A DNA stretch of 58,114 nucleotides from a virus (taxonomy: Duplodnaviria > Caudoviricetes). Position 1 is the first letter of the stretch. Every line of letters starts with the position of its first letter. The notes beneath the pieces were generated by a model that was given only the letters and a program-made list of their open reading frames with translations, was not told where the DNA came from and made no database searches. Position numbers and translations under genes: made by a program. Below, piece by piece: positions 9,526 through 17,179 of the stretch. Location of the stretch: positions 1-58,114 of IMG/VR virus record IMGVR_UViG_3300020428_000001; one strand, 5' to 3'.

Positions 9526-9942
9526 TTAATTTAATGCATTTTTATGTGTTGAAAAACCACCCCCTAAATCTTGTATTGCTTTTTCTAATTCGTCATCAGT
9601 TAAGTCAGCGGTCTTAGTTACTTGGTTTATATCTTGTCTTTGTAGTTTTGGAGCTTCAAATTCAGCTAAAATAGTAGCTACTCTTGTAGCTTCTTCCATA
9701 TCATTTTGACCTATTGCTTTAGACATAGCAATTCTTAAAACGTCTAAAGCTCCAGGCGCTTCATCTTTAATTTCGTCTCTTAAAGACTTCCAATCATTTA
9801 ATGATAATTTCAATGCTTCTCTTGCTTCTTTATTCGCTTTTCTTGCAAGAACAGAATTCTTTTGTCCCTCGCGCGCACCTTCTTTAGTGAAGGGGCGTAA
9901 GTTATTGAGCGAATTTGGATGCATATTACCATCTCTACTCAT
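9526..9942 (-). CDS. Putative terminase small subunit / DNA-binding protein
   Basis: HPNSLNNLRPF..E.AREGQKNS and DLTDDEL motifs seen in small terminases. Confidence 0.5.
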   Translation of the reverse strand: MSRDGNMHPNSLNNLRPFTKEGAREGQKNSVLARKANKEAREALKLSLNDWKSLRDEIKDEAPGALDVLRIAMSKAIGQNDMEEATRVATILAEFEAPKLQRQDINQVTKTADLTDDELEKAIQDLGGGFSTHKNALN

Positions 9943-9977
9943 GATTATCTCCTTAAAACTTATTTAAAGTATAAAAT

Positions 9978-9994
9978 TCTCTAATAGGAGACAC
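9978..9994 (-). promoter_or_regulatory. Putative phage RNAP promoter, class II (GTGTCTCCTATTAGAGA)
   Basis: One of four intergenic copies, each oriented with the downstream genes. Confidence 0.8.
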
Positions 9995-9995
9995 T

Positions 9996-10271
9996 TTATG
10001 AATAATAAGGATCAACAGTAGAATTTGGATCTTCAATTCCTTCAACACCTAAGACTTCAGGTATATAATATTTTAACATATTCTCTATGCCCATCTTTAA
10101 TGTTTGTGTAGACATTGCACATCCACTACAGGCACCACTTAAAAATATTGTAGCTATTCCATCATTAAACGATTGTAGTTCTACATGACCTCCATGCATT
10201 TGTACAGTAGGTAATATACTTTCTTCAATTATTTTTTTAATAGAGTCCTCAATTTCTTTTTTAGTTTTCAT
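9996..10271 (-). CDS. NifU/NfuA C-terminal domain Fe-S carrier protein
   Basis: ILPTVQMHGGHVEL and LSGACSGCAMSTQTLKMGIENMLK..IPEV motifs. Confidence 0.9.
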   Translation of the reverse strand: MKTKKEIEDSIKKIIEESILPTVQMHGGHVELQSFNDGIATIFLSGACSGCAMSTQTLKMGIENMLKYYIPEVLGVEGIEDPNSTVDPYYS

Positions 10272-10340
10272 TTATTTTTATTAAGCCTTATTCTTTTCAT
10301 AATTATCTCTCTTTCTTCGTGAGTAATATTTGCCATATCA

Positions 10341-10616
10341 TCACCATTTAACTTTATGGGACCAATACTTTGCAGACATCTTACTACTAGGTTTACCCTG
10401 TGCATTATGTCTTGCATAGTAACTTTTCTTACGAGCTTTATCTTTAGCACTGGTAGGATTCTTACCTGCGCCTCGAACACCTTGTTGTCCAAATCTTACT
10501 AATCTTACTTTATCACCTTCTTTTGCTAATACAGCATGTGATTTTGTTTTATGTCCAGGAGTTCGTTTGGGTTTATTATATCCTGCAAACCGTTCTCCAG
10601 ATTTTTCAATAGCCAT
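10341..10616 (-). CDS. Conserved basic hypothetical phage protein
   Basis: GYNKPKRTP, VRFGQQG, SYYARH and SAKYWS..VKW motifs; GGAGG RBS. Confidence 0.8.
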   Translation of the reverse strand: MAIEKSGERFAGYNKPKRTPGHKTKSHAVLAKEGDKVRLVRFGQQGVRGAGKNPTSAKDKARKKSYYARHNAQGKPSSKMSAKYWSHKVKW

Positions 10617-10625
10617 AGTTCCCTC

Positions 10626-10745
10626 CTATATACTATAAGTGATAGTCCAATCTCTTATTTCGTCTTTAGTTCTTTTACATCCTATACAAATATTATTTTC
10701 TAACTTACATACTTGTATACATGGAGTTATTATTTCTTGTGGCAT
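10626..10745 (-). CDS. DUF1289/YdhL-like Cys-rich protein (39 aa, not in ORF track)
   Basis: MPQEIITPCIQVCKLENNICIGCKRTKDEIRDW matches the PCxxxC..CxGCxRTxDEIxxW pattern. Confidence 0.75.
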   Translation of the reverse strand: MPQEIITPCIQVCKLENNICIGCKRTKDEIRDWTITYSI

Positions 10746-10804
10746 GAGCAATTACACTCTTTCTCATTACACTTATAAGCTTTACAAGTTTCACATTTAC
10801 TCAT
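10730..10804 (-). CDS. Metallothionein-like Cys-rich peptide (24 aa)
   Basis: MSKCETCKAYKCNEKECNCSCHKK; starts 1 nt after the upstream stop and fills the gap. Confidence 0.5.
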   Translation of the reverse strand: MSKCETCKAYKCNEKECNCSCHKK

Positions 10805-10805
10805 T

Positions 10806-11003
10806 TTAATATTTCATTTTAAACATAATATATTCTTTGCCATCAGGAGCTTTTATAGGAATAGAGGTTAAATTTTCGTCAGCTCCTTTTATTCCCACAA
10901 ATTCTAATTTATAACCTTCTTTATATTGCTCTTTAGATTTAGCAAAATAATCTGCGTTCTCATAAAAAAACATAGTTGATATACCTAATATTATTAATTC
11001 CAT
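10806..11003 (-). CDS. Hypothetical protein with hydrophobic N-terminus
   Basis: 65 aa with AAGGAG RBS. Confidence 0.65.
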   Translation of the reverse strand: MELIILGISTMFFYENADYFAKSKEQYKEGYKLEFVGIKGADENLTSIPIKAPDGKEYIMFKMKY

Positions 11004-11013
11004 TATTCTCTCC

Positions 11014-12657
11014 TTATAACCATGCTGTATTATCTTGTTCTGTTCCCTGCCATTTCTGGTTCCAGGCTACTTTATGAGTTACTATCCTATCATAATGAGT
11101 TCTCAAAACCTCTAATGCAATTGCCAAAGACATTACTGTATCATCATAACATCCTGGTGCAGCTTCAGATTTTCCATTATCTGTAACTATATAATCTTTT
11201 AATTCTTGAATTACTTGCGCAGAAGGAATAAATATATCTTCATTCTCAATGGCGTTCTTTAAATTTCCTATTATTGTACTCTTAGTTGCTGTTGTGGTTC
11301 TAAAACCAAGTCTTTCACCTTCTTCATTACTAATATTTGCGATTTTAGTTTGTCTATATAAATTTACATAATTCATATCATCTAATTTTTGTAAGGTTGC
11401 AATACCCATAGAATTACTTTCAACAGCAAGCAAAGCATTATTATAATATCTACCTAAATAAAATAATAAGTCTCCAAATTTACTTGGATCAATTCTATTG
11501 TTTCTATATACAGAGACAATCTCTCTATCTCTATTTAATACTATAGCTGCGGAATAATCTTTTCCAACTCCTAAAGAAACATCAGCACCAATAACGTATG
11601 GTTCGTCATGCTTTGGATAAGCATAAACCTCTAAATCTCCTTCTACTGTAGTTTCCCAAAACTTCGAGTCCAGGTCTAACATCATCCTTTTTTCATAAGG
11701 CATTGGAGATAGTTCTACAAGTTTCTTCATATCAAACACTGAAGCACCTGAAACTAAGAAAGCTTCTTCTGCGTAAGATGGATATTCTTGAACAAACTTC
11801 TTCTCTCCACTTTCTGCTATTTTTAATCTACGCCAATATAATTGATCAAAGTCTAAATTAAATTCTTTTATGAATTCTTCTTCTTTCGCAGTCGGTGTAA
11901 AATTTTCTGGAGCTTCTCGTCTATATTCATCAGTAATAAACCATGGTAAAAAGATAGGTATATATTCTGAATTGCCGTTAGTATAGCCAGACTCAGCCGT
12001 TTTCCATAATCTATAGAATTCTCCTTTAGCACCATTAGCCGTGCTTTCGAGAATAACTTCAGTACCATCGGCTTGAGAAATTCCTTGAAACAAGCCAGCA
12101 AGAATCTTTTCATCAAAAGTCCAGAAAGCCACTTCAGAAAGGTGAGCAATGGTAGGAGTAGTACCTCTACCAGCTTCTGGAGAACCAGCCGTATAAAGTC
12201 TATAACCTGCATTATTATGTTCAAATTTAATCTCCTTTGCGTTAGATGCTATTAGAGCGGGTCTAAATTCATCTTCCATTCTATCTATTAAGTTTTTACT
12301 CATATTAAATAAAGCATCAGAAGTAGCACTATCATGAGCCATAACTACTGACCGAGCATTAGAAGTAAAATAACTTTTCCATGCTGTTCTTGCTGTACAG
12401 TAAGTACTTATACCTTGTTGTCTTGCTTTTAATATAAGGGCTCTTACTATTTTCTTCTCTTTTAATTGTTGTTTTAAAGCTTCATTAACTTTCTTCTGAG
12501 CAGAGTTAAAAATAAAAGGCACAAAACCTTTACCAGCATCTTTTGTAATAATACGAACTTGGTCTTTAGCAAATTGTTCAAAGTTAGTTTCATACTCTTT
12601 TAATAATTTTCTACGTCTAACTTCTTTTATTAATGCGAGCTTTTTTCTGTTTTCCAC
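11014..12657 (-). CDS. terL: Terminase large subunit
   Basis: ILKARQQGIST (Walker A), AHLSEVAFW (Walker B), ESTANG, IGADVSLGVGKDYS nuclease motif and DDTVMSLAIA. Confidence 0.96.
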   Translation of the reverse strand: MENRKKLALIKEVRRRKLLKEYETNFEQFAKDQVRIITKDAGKGFVPFIFNSAQKKVNEALKQQLKEKKIVRALILKARQQGISTYCTARTAWKSYFTSNARSVVMAHDSATSDALFNMSKNLIDRMEDEFRPALIASNAKEIKFEHNNAGYRLYTAGSPEAGRGTTPTIAHLSEVAFWTFDEKILAGLFQGISQADGTEVILESTANGAKGEFYRLWKTAESGYTNGNSEYIPIFLPWFITDEYRREAPENFTPTAKEEEFIKEFNLDFDQLYWRRLKIAESGEKKFVQEYPSYAEEAFLVSGASVFDMKKLVELSPMPYEKRMMLDLDSKFWETTVEGDLEVYAYPKHDEPYVIGADVSLGVGKDYSAAIVLNRDREIVSVYRNNRIDPSKFGDLLFYLGRYYNNALLAVESNSMGIATLQKLDDMNYVNLYRQTKIANISNEEGERLGFRTTTATKSTIIGNLKNAIENEDIFIPSAQVIQELKDYIVTDNGKSEAAPGCYDDTVMSLAIALEVLRTHYDRIVTHKVAWNQKWQGTEQDNTAWL

Positions 12658-12782
12658 TTACTTTTCTCCTTGTTTCGATCATATTTAGTTTTATCAAGAA
12701 CAGTCTGGGTCGAGTACCTTCTTCTATGTAGTGATATAAACTTAGAAATAGGATTCACTCTTCTCTTAAATAATTTAGTCAT
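12630..12782 (-). CDS. Small basic protein (50 aa, not in ORF track)
   Basis: MTKLFKRRVNPISKF...VLDKTKYDRNKEK; GGAG RBS; first gene after the 12817 promoter. Confidence 0.55.
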   Translation of the reverse strand: MTKLFKRRVNPISKFISLHRRRYSTQTVLDKTKYDRNKEKSKWKTEKSSH

Positions 12783-12800
12783 CTTCTTCTACTCCATTGA

Positions 12801-12817
12801 TCTCTAATAGGAGACAG
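12801..12817 (-). promoter_or_regulatory. Putative phage RNAP promoter, class II (CTGTCTCCTATTAGAGA)
   Basis: 16/17 match to the other three copies; sits at the head of the late arm. Confidence 0.8.
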
Positions 12818-12961
12818 TTCTGATATTTTTTAATGGTCCCCGGAATCCTGGCCTGTACTCTTCTTTAAGATTAAGAGGAAAAAAAATTCTCTATAAAATA
12901 TATATATATACATTATTTTCACTAACCCCCTATTTTTATTCTACAAAGTCTGAAAGAAAAG

Positions 12962-12988
12962 GAAAATGAAAACATTTTCTACTCATAC
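12962..12988 (+). promoter_or_regulatory. Putative hairpin promoter, class I (copy 1)
   Basis: GAAAATG-AAAA-CATTTTC, about 50 nt upstream of the first + strand gene. Confidence 0.6.
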
Positions 12989-13030
12989 ATTTATTCTAAT
13001 TCAACATCAACCTTTATTAAGGAGGAAAAG

Positions 13031-13111
13031 ATGGAACTCTACATCTTTATTTTATTCTTATTTCTATCTACTGCAATTGTATACATGATATACAACGGAA
13101 CAAGAGGATAG
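13031..13111 (+). CDS. Small membrane peptide (26 aa)
   Basis: Strong AAGGAGG RBS; MELYIFILFLFLSTAIVYMIYNGTRG. Confidence 0.6.
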   Translation: MELYIFILFLFLSTAIVYMIYNGTRG

Positions 13112-13112
13112 G

Positions 13113-13301
13113 ATGAGAAACTTTTCTATATTTATGGCTCTATTCTGCGCGATTGTAGGAGTAGGGACACTGGAGGATTGTCAAGGATACTGTGCTCCTG
13201 CTGAAGAAGAGGCGACGATTAGAATGATCATAGCCTTAGTAGCTTTAGCGGGAACTGCATTCTTTACATACTGTACCTTTATTCTTCCAGAAAAAGATTA
13301 A
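13113..13301 (+). CDS. Small two-TM membrane protein
   Basis: 62 aa; two hydrophobic segments flank a CxxxC loop; GAGGA RBS. Confidence 0.7.
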   Translation: MRNFSIFMALFCAIVGVGTLEDCQGYCAPAEEEATIRMIIALVALAGTAFFTYCTFILPEKD

Positions 13302-13330
13302 GGAGAAAAGGAGCCCCGAAGGTTCCCAAC

Positions 13331-13347
13331 GTGTCTCCTATTAGAGA
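13331..13347 (+). promoter_or_regulatory. Putative phage RNAP promoter, class II (GTGTCTCCTATTAGAGA), rightward
   Basis: Exact 17-mer shared with the 9978 and 49140 copies; followed by a G-rich tract. Confidence 0.8.
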
Positions 13348-13476
13348 AAGGAGGCTGGGGGCTGGGGGTAGTCCTAAACTATACCTAAAACCTAGTATTA
13401 GTATCATGATTGGATGATTCCAAAGGTAATTCCGGTACCAATTATGATGCCTACCTATAGATATTAATAGGTAAGG

Positions 13477-13503
13477 GTAAATGAGAACATTTACTATTCA
13501 TAA
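13477..13503 (+). promoter_or_regulatory. Putative hairpin promoter, class I (copy 2)
   Basis: GTAAATG-AGAA-CATTTAC, a perfect 7-bp stem. Confidence 0.65.
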
Positions 13504-13533
13504 TATAAACTCATGTAGAAAGGGGTACTTGTT

Positions 13534-13668
13534 ATGCATGAAAAAATATTTGACTATGTCTTAGCTAATTATGATATTGCTCTTGGCGTAGATGAAATTA
13601 TGTATATAGTTTCTAATAATCTATGTACAGATAAATATATGGAGGCTAATTATGGACTTGTATCTTGA
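13534..13668 (+). CDS. Small hypothetical protein (44 aa)
   Basis: GAAAGGGG RBS; MHEKIFDYVLANYDIALG... Confidence 0.55.
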   Translation: MHEKIFDYVLANYDIALGVDEIMYIVSNNLCTDKYMEANYGLVS

Positions 13669-13831
13669 TACTTATGTCGTAATTGCTACCTATATTATGA
13701 TTGGCTTTGTAACCTTAATGTTTACGTTTGCAATGGGGTTATGGGTCTATGCTATGTATGGTCTGTTTAAAATTGGTTTGAACAATGATCAATACTACAG
13801 CAAGAAAAATGAGAACATTTTTCAAAAATAG
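13652..13831 (+). CDS. Small membrane protein (59 aa)
   Basis: GGAGG RBS; MDLYLDTYVVIATYIMIGFVTLMFTFAMGLWVYAMYGLF... Confidence 0.65.
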   Translation: MDLYLDTYVVIATYIMIGFVTLMFTFAMGLWVYAMYGLFKIGLNNDQYYSKKNENIFQK

Positions 13832-13837
13832 ATAAAG
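13804..13837 (+). promoter_or_regulatory. Putative hairpin promoter, class I (copy 3)
   Basis: GAAAAATG-AGAA-CATTTTTC (8-bp stem) followed by AAATAGATAAAG, as in copy 4. Confidence 0.65.
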
Positions 13838-14040
13838 TTATTGAGGTTGGCCCACAGTAAAGTTCCTTAAAGAAGGTGTGGGGGTGCGTGTGAAAAATGA
13901 CTTTATTCGGGTTACATGTCAGACAGTCCTGGTGTAACTGATTATATAATAAAATAGAATATCGCTTAGATGTATGGTCGAAAAGCCTTTTATATAATCT
14001 TAAATTTTTAACTTAACTAATGTTTAAAGAAAGGTCTAAA

Positions 14041-14541
14041 ATGAGTGAATATCCTCGTACAATTATTGTTAAAGATGTAACTGCTAAATGGTGTAAAATC
14101 TCTGGTGATGATGCGCCTGTAAATACTTTTAAATCGAAACAGTGGGAGATGCAAATCCAAACTACTGATCCGAAGAAAGTAGAAGAACTTAAAGATTATG
14201 GTCTTAAAGTTAAAGAAGGAACAGGTGAAGACAAAGGCGTTTTCTCTGTTAATCTTAAACGTAAAGGCTTAAAATCTGATGGCAATGGTGGACAAGTTCC
14301 AAATACGCCTGTAAAGATTGTTGATACCAAAGTTCAGCCGATTACTGGTGATAATATTGGTAATGGTTCTAAAGTTAACGTTAATCTTTGGCAATATCCA
14401 TATGAAGCGCCTGGTGTAGGTAAAGGTATTGCTACTTCTCTTACTGCTGTACAAGTAGTAGAGTTGGTAGAATATACACCTTCTGCCGGTTTTGAAGTTA
14501 TCGAAACAGAGGCTGCTAAAGATGGATCTCTTCCATTCTAG
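14041..14541 (+). CDS. ssb: Single-stranded DNA-binding protein (T7 gp2.5-like)
   Basis: IGNGSKVNV and LTAVQVVELVEY motifs; acidic tail ending in LPF. Confidence 0.85.
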   Translation: MSEYPRTIIVKDVTAKWCKISGDDAPVNTFKSKQWEMQIQTTDPKKVEELKDYGLKVKEGTGEDKGVFSVNLKRKGLKSDGNGGQVPNTPVKIVDTKVQPITGDNIGNGSKVNVNLWQYPYEAPGVGKGIATSLTAVQVVELVEYTPSAGFEVIETEAAKDGSLPF

Positions 14542-14551
14542 TCCCCTTGAA

Positions 14552-14615
14552 ACGGTCCTGCCTCACGCTCGTTAAGAGTGTGGGGTGGGGATCGGGGCTT
14601 TTTTCGTGAACCGTC
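14552..14615 (+). terminator. Long GU-rich stem-loop with U tract after ssb (terminator or processing site)
   Basis: CCTGCCTCACGCTC-GTTAA-GAGTGTGGGGTGGG followed by GGGGCTTTTTT. Confidence 0.5.
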
Positions 14616-14656
14616 ATGTTTATACCGCCAACATTATTTATATAAGGAGTTTATAA

Positions 14657-14740
14657 ATGCATTTTAATTACAAAAATATTATGATAGGAGCTTTTATTGG
14701 CTTATCAGTAGCAGTGTTATATCATACGTACTGGTTATAG
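14657..14740 (+). CDS. Small membrane peptide (27 aa)
   Basis: AAGGAG RBS; MHFNYKNIMIGAFIGLSVAVLYHTYWL. Confidence 0.6.
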   Translation: MHFNYKNIMIGAFIGLSVAVLYHTYWL

Positions 14741-14743
14741 CTT

Positions 14744-14812
14744 ATGGATGTGAGCTTTTATATAATACTTGGTTTAGTTATTTTGGGAATAATTATATTA
14801 CAAGAAAGATAA
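14744..14812 (+). CDS. Small membrane peptide (22 aa)
   Basis: MDVSFYIILGLVILGIIILQER; starts 3 nt after the previous stop. Confidence 0.45.
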   Translation: MDVSFYIILGLVILGIIILQER

Positions 14813-14815
14813 CTA

Positions 14816-14881
14816 ATGTATGCGTTAATTTTTATTTTAATATTATTTTTAATAATGGCACTTGGCGTCCGCTATTATTAA
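14816..14881 (+). CDS. Small membrane peptide (21 aa)
   Basis: MYALIFILILFLIMALGVRYY; starts 3 nt after the previous stop. Confidence 0.45.
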   Translation: MYALIFILILFLIMALGVRYY

Positions 14882-14897
14882 GAAAGAAAGGACTATT

Positions 14898-15332
14898 ATG
14901 GATTTTTTAGTTAATTTTAGAGAGCAATTCATGCCTTGTATTCAAGCTATTGATGTTGCTAAAGAAGAAGCTGATAAAGCCGGTAAAGAAGATGCTAGTG
15001 AAGCTTATAAGAAAGCTTTAGTCATTGTTAAAGAAGCTATTCAAAAAGCTGAAAAGCATCAACAGTGGAAATTACAAGACCGTATTGTAAATATCATTAA
15101 AGACCATACTAATCATAATGATGTAGCTTATGACGCAATTAGAGAAATTCAAGATTTTACTCATGATAAATCTAATGATATAGAATCTGAAGTTAAATCT
15201 CAAATTGAAGATTATTTAAGAGATCAATTACATGTTGACGATGCTACTATTGATGCAATTCAAAATACAATAGAAGATAGTATACAAGAAGCAACTGAAG
15301 AAGAATTTCAAAATGAAGGTATGTGGTTATGA
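14898..15332 (+). CDS. Hypothetical acidic helical protein
   Basis: Start refined to MDFLVN (AAGGA RBS). Confidence 0.75.
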   Translation: MDFLVNFREQFMPCIQAIDVAKEEADKAGKEDASEAYKKALVIVKEAIQKAEKHQQWKLQDRIVNIIKDHTNHNDVAYDAIREIQDFTHDKSNDIESEVKSQIEDYLRDQLHVDDATIDAIQNTIEDSIQEATEEEFQNEGMWL

Positions 15333-15553
15333 GTATAAAATGGAATGATATATCAAGTCCACCTCATTATAAAAATGGTCCTATTGAATGTATTGATGGC
15401 ATTAAATCTGCCACTGGTAATCTCTTTGAAGGTTATTTAATTGGCAACGTGATAAAGTATTTATGGCGTTGTAATTACAAAGGTGATAAATTAAAAGACC
15501 TTAAGAAAGCTCAATGGTATCTTAATTACTTAATTGATTCACAAGAAAAATAA
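15329..15553 (+). CDS. DUF3310 family protein (T7 gp1.7-like nucleotide kinase domain)
   Basis: PPHYKNGPIECIDGI...GNVIKYLWR.NYKG...DLKKAQWYL. Confidence 0.88.
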   Translation: MSIKWNDISSPPHYKNGPIECIDGIKSATGNLFEGYLIGNVIKYLWRCNYKGDKLKDLKKAQWYLNYLIDSQEK

Positions 15554-15777
15554 TGTGGATTATATATGTACTACTAATGAGTGCTGATAGAAGCTTAGAA
15601 GGTTTTATATTAGATCAACGATTTAATAATGAGACTGAATGTAATTCGTTTTATAATGAACATAAGATTGATATTAATAATGATGTTAATACTCTTATTA
15701 ATGAAAACTTTTCTTCTCATAAATTAATTACAATTGGATGTTTAACAAACTTTACTATTGAAAGGAATAAACAATGA
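15553..15777 (+). CDS. Hypothetical protein
   Basis: 74 aa, translationally coupled; F...EC and GC motifs. Confidence 0.7.
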   Translation: MWIIYVLLMSADRSLEGFILDQRFNNETECNSFYNEHKIDINNDVNTLINENFSSHKLITIGCLTNFTIERNKQ

Positions 15778-15998
15778 TTATGTTAAGCAGAGACTTTATC
15801 AGAGACTTTGAATGTTCTATAAGTGGTGAAAGACTTTTTATTAATGAAAAGTATGTTAGCTACATAGAACACGAAACAAAATCTGATGGTAGAACTATTC
15901 ATAAATTTCATATGACAGATCATAGAATTCTTTTTGCTGTAGTTAGACGTAAAAAGGAACCTATAGATTGGTCAAAGGAGCCACAGCCTCATGTTTAA
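15774..15998 (+). CDS. Hypothetical protein
   Basis: 74 aa; AAGGA RBS and ATGA overlap. Confidence 0.7.
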   Translation: MIMLSRDFIRDFECSISGERLFINEKYVSYIEHETKSDGRTIHKFHMTDHRILFAVVRRKKEPIDWSKEPQPHV

Positions 15999-16197
15999 AT
16001 GTATATTAGTGTTATGTAGTACATTCTTTGGTAATTGTCAAATTATTGAAGATACTCGAGGTCCTTATGAAACTTTAGAAGAATGTAATAAAAGAGCTTA
16101 TGAGATAGTTAAAGATATGTCTTCTATGATTCCTACTTATAGAGCTCAAGTTCATTTTTGTCTTGAATTAAAGAAAGAAAAAGGATATAGGTTATAA
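15991..16197 (+). CDS. Hypothetical protein
   Basis: 68 aa; DTRGPYETLEEC motif. Confidence 0.7.
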   Translation: MFKCILVLCSTFFGNCQIIEDTRGPYETLEECNKRAYEIVKDMSSMIPTYRAQVHFCLELKKEKGYRL

Positions 16198-16198
16198 T

Positions 16199-16318
16199 AT
16201 GGATAAGAAATTAGGTCGTAAAATAGCAAAATCTTGGGGTCGTACTACAAAGTGTGGCAAAAGATTTGCTAATAAAGGTGTAAGAAAATATCATAAAACT
16301 CAACTAAAGAAAGGTTAA
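16199..16318 (+). CDS. Small basic protein (39 aa)
   Basis: MDKKLGRKIAKSWGRTTKCGKRFANKGVRK...; fills the gap exactly. Confidence 0.55.
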   Translation: MDKKLGRKIAKSWGRTTKCGKRFANKGVRKYHKTQLKKG

Positions 16319-16320
16319 TT

Positions 16321-16512
16321 ATGACTATAGATATTTTAGATAATGAAGATTTGTCTAATCATTTCAATTACTTAGATGAATTACGTGACAGTGGGGTTAC
16401 CAATATGTTTGGTGCTTCAACGTATCTTCAAGACGAATTTGCTCTTGATAAAGCTACTGCAAATGCAATTTTAGGAAAATGGATGGATTCATATGGCTCG
16501 AAAAATACATAA
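16321..16512 (+). CDS. Conserved hypothetical phage protein
   Basis: YLDELRDSGVTNMFGA motif. Confidence 0.75.
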   Translation: MTIDILDNEDLSNHFNYLDELRDSGVTNMFGASTYLQDEFALDKATANAILGKWMDSYGSKNT

Positions 16513-16666
16513 AGATTTTTTAGGAAATCCTATGAAAGCTTCGACTTGTAAAAAATGCAACATAAAATATTCATATATGTCTATAACAAGAAATAATAGT
16601 CAATATTGTGCGCCATGCCAAAACGAATTAGATGGCATAGAAAGGGAACCAAATGGCAATAGTTAA
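16493..16666 (+). CDS. Small zinc-ribbon protein (57 aa)
   Basis: CKKC...CAPC pairs; open frame bridging both neighbours. Confidence 0.55.
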   Translation: MARKIHKDFLGNPMKASTCKKCNIKYSYMSITRNNSQYCAPCQNELDGIEREPNGNS

Positions 16667-16952
16667 ATATAATAAAAATCGTATTGCGGACAGTGGATAC
16701 AAATTTACTGTTACGAGATTAAATGATCCGCAAATTAAACAACTTAAAGGTATTGTTTCTGAATACAATACTTTTGTTAATGATAGAAATAAATTTAGAA
16801 ATAAAAGAGACCATGAGCGTAAATGGCGTGTAAGATTTATGGGTAGAAATCCTAATAGAAAGCAATATGAATCTTATTCAGGTGAATATAGAAGTTATTT
16901 ACCTCAAAAATATTCCACTCACTGGGATGTTTACGTTCATGAAATGCGATAA
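16653..16952 (+). CDS. Hypothetical protein
   Basis: 99 aa with RBS; RVRFMGRNP...WDVYV motif. Confidence 0.7.
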   Translation: MAIVKYNKNRIADSGYKFTVTRLNDPQIKQLKGIVSEYNTFVNDRNKFRNKRDHERKWRVRFMGRNPNRKQYESYSGEYRSYLPQKYSTHWDVYVHEMR

Positions 16953-17103
16953 TGATAAAATATTAGAGCTTTGGGATAAGTATTTAGTAAAAGATAAAAG
17001 AAGTTTTAGTGAATTCTTTTCTGAAGAATTTGGTATAACTTTAAATTCTGATATTACTTATCCACAGATTAAGATTTTAGTAAAAGCTTTAATAAAGTTA
17101 TAG
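16939..17103 (+). CDS. Hypothetical protein
   Basis: Start refined to MKCDNDKILELW; ends at the tRNA. Confidence 0.55.
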   Translation: MKCDNDKILELWDKYLVKDKRSFSEFFSEEFGITLNSDITYPQIKILVKALIKL

Positions 17104-17175
17104 GTGAATAGTGTAATGGCAACACGAGTGGTTCCAACCCACTTAATCTGGGTTCAAATCCTAGTTCACCTGCCA
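17102..17175 (+). tRNA. trnW: tRNA-Trp (CCA)
   Basis: Acceptor stem AGGTGAA/TTCACCT, D stem GTGT/ACAC, anticodon stem AGTGG/CCACT with loop TTCCAAC, GGTTCAAATCC T arm, G73 and encoded CCA. Confidence 0.93.
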
Positions 17176-17179
17176 AGAT

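Noticed and set aside
17102-17175. tRNA-Gly (TCC) or suppressor reading, and genetic-code reassignment
   Set aside because: The 7-nt loop centres on CCA, the A1-U72 pair and G73 fit Trp, and all long genes translate in the standard code.
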